From: Takakia lepidozioides
Lineage: Eukaryota > Plantae > Bryophyta
Direction of reading: 5' to 3'
Length of the DNA: 64,000 nucleotides
Assembly: GCA_030704615.1 (NCBI GenBank)
Contig: CM060731.1
Coordinates: 30,256,001-30,320,000, forward strand
The notes under the pieces were generated by a model that saw only the letters and a program-made list of their open reading frames with translations, did not search any database and was not told the DNA's origin. The position numbers and the translations under genes are program-made. Positions 62,330-64,000 of the stretch are shown here, in pieces. Within the stretch, counting starts at the first letter, position 1, and every line of letters starts with the position of its first letter.

Positions 62330-64000
62330 CAACTACAATTACAGAAAACTAGTGGAGGTATATCTGTTATGTTTGGGTGTTTTCCAGTGAAGGTGTATCA
62401 GGATCATCCATTTTTCCTTGATGCTCGGTCTCCTCTTGAGGGAGGAGCCAATAAGAATTTAGCACATCGGCTGGTAGCTCAGCTGGTAAGTGCACGGTGT
62501 GTCGCCCTGGTGGTTTGGGGTTGAAACCCGGTGCCCTGCCCCATGTGTGGGATTGTTCGTGACGGTATGTCTGGGCGTTGATCGTCCTGTAAGCCTCATG
62601 GCCCATAAATGAAAGGGGGTTAATTTCTCCCCCTCCTCAAGGGCCTGAATTGTGGGCTGTCGATCCCAGGTTTCCTCTTTAAAAAAATTAAAAAATTAAA
62701 AGAAAAAAAGAAAAAAAGGGGAGGAAGCCCAACAGGCTTCCGACATTCACTGATAAAGAAGAATGACCCAAAATACGTTGTGCCCCATCGATTTGACCGC
62801 TACGGTGTATGATTATGAGAGGGATGGAAGAAAGGGCGGTCACAAGTCGTTTCTTATTCACACAGAGCGCAGAGAGGATGAGCGTGCTTGGTTGAGAAGC
62901 CCATGTGTGTCGTTGCACATCCATCTTGTTTTTAGTGACGGGGAAAGCCATTAGCAAAGGAGAATCCGTGGCAGAGGTTAGACATCTGAAAAAGGCTGCA
63001 GTTTGTTGTATGTGTTTTGAGGCATTGATAGACATGAGCAATCGGTTACTGTAAATGGCTCCCCTCTTCCCCCGTATCCACTTCAGGATCAGGAAAAGTT
63101 GGTGTAGAGGCAATTGCAGGCAAAACGTCTGGAATTTTCTCTAAATCTTCGGTATATTGGCGCTGACTATCTCAGCACGGTGGAGGGTGGAGGGACTTGA
63201 GTTCTGGGTGACCAACATGAATGCAGATACTGGGTCTCCTCCAGTACTCCTTGGACTTTTCAGCTGGTGAGAGTCTTAATTCTTTTGTGGCCATGCTTGC
63301 TGGGGATCAAGATGAACTCCGCTGGCGAATGCCGTCCATGCTTCCCTTGGGTAAGGACAGGAGGAGTAGCTGTTTTCGACAAGGAACTCTGTTTCTTAGT
63401 GATTGCACTTCGTAGATCCACAGCTTCATTTGTAGCGGTTGATTGTTTTGTTGATGTTGCTTGGAGAAGTGGGTCCACATCAAATAGCTGGGTGGACTGG
63501 CGGCCCCAGAGGGCAAGACAACCAGAAAGAGCGATCCTTCAACACTCTTGTACGATTTCCCAAAGTTAAAATCGTTAGAGTGTTCTCATTGGATATTTCT
63601 TGGATAAACGCATCTGAATGACGCATTTTGTAGTGTTTAGACTTCCCAAATCTAACCATTTCAACCATCCAGTCCAGAATTGGTGATACTAAGGATGAGT
63701 GCTGGATCCAATCGGCTGGCATGGAGGAGAACAGGCTAAAAAGCGTTGACTTTATCACTTGGAGGCCAAGAACAACCCAAGGACAACCTGTCAAACAGGC
63801 AAAATCATGACAGAAGAGGGTATAAGAGCATCATAGAACTTCCAGTCTGTCCTATGCAGGAGCCTCAGGCCTAAGTCTGTAAGGCCACAAATACATTGCT
63901 CAGAATTGGTGGCAATGGAGGTGGATGTAAATTCACTCTCAATCTCTTGTCAGCCGTTGATGAACAAGTGGGACACAGGAGGGCTCTCTGGCTCTGGGCA
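62330..64000. mobile_element. Probable LINE 3'-end remnants: a short + strand piece with an A-tail (to about 62717) and a minus-strand piece running off the window
   Basis: A-rich tail; AAAGGGGAGGAAGCCC 3'-end motif also at about 58193 and similar at about 323; degenerate coding-like minus strand. Confidence 0.45.

Overview
Eukaryotic, probably non-seed land plant, transposon-dense DNA with no intact host gene. The base layer is one degenerate L1-type LINE on the minus strand (about 281-44450, possibly extending to about 58150). Four elements are inserted into it: (i) a non-autonomous Mutator-like element (MULE-1, 737-6296); (ii) a chromovirus LTR retrotransposon (6683-26430, TSD GCTTG), itself interrupted by a non-chromovirus Gypsy element whose terminal repeats lie in inverted orientation and which has a large extra ORF region; (iii) a CACTA element (27247-38935, TSD CAC) whose second gene contains an FCP1/NIF-like HAD phosphatase domain; (iv) a larger MULE of the same family as MULE-1, in opposite orientation (MULE-2, 44451-57374, 9-bp TSD AGCTTATAG). 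Main finding: MULE-2 carries, divergent from its DDE-SWIM transposase, an intron-containing gene. Hand-spliced, it encodes a ParB/Srx-like domain (WDGNHRLLAW) and a beta-class N4C/N6A DNA amino-methyltransferase-like domain (DMILLDIPDG ... GRILDFTCGTGAS ... RHVFAFEPD). The element is also packed with dozens of copies of a palindrome of up to 30 bp (GGATGGAAATTCGGCGCCGAATTTCCATCC), which the non-autonomous copy kept while losing the genes. This copy of the gene is pseudogenised. All domain calls come from visual motif recognition, not database searches.
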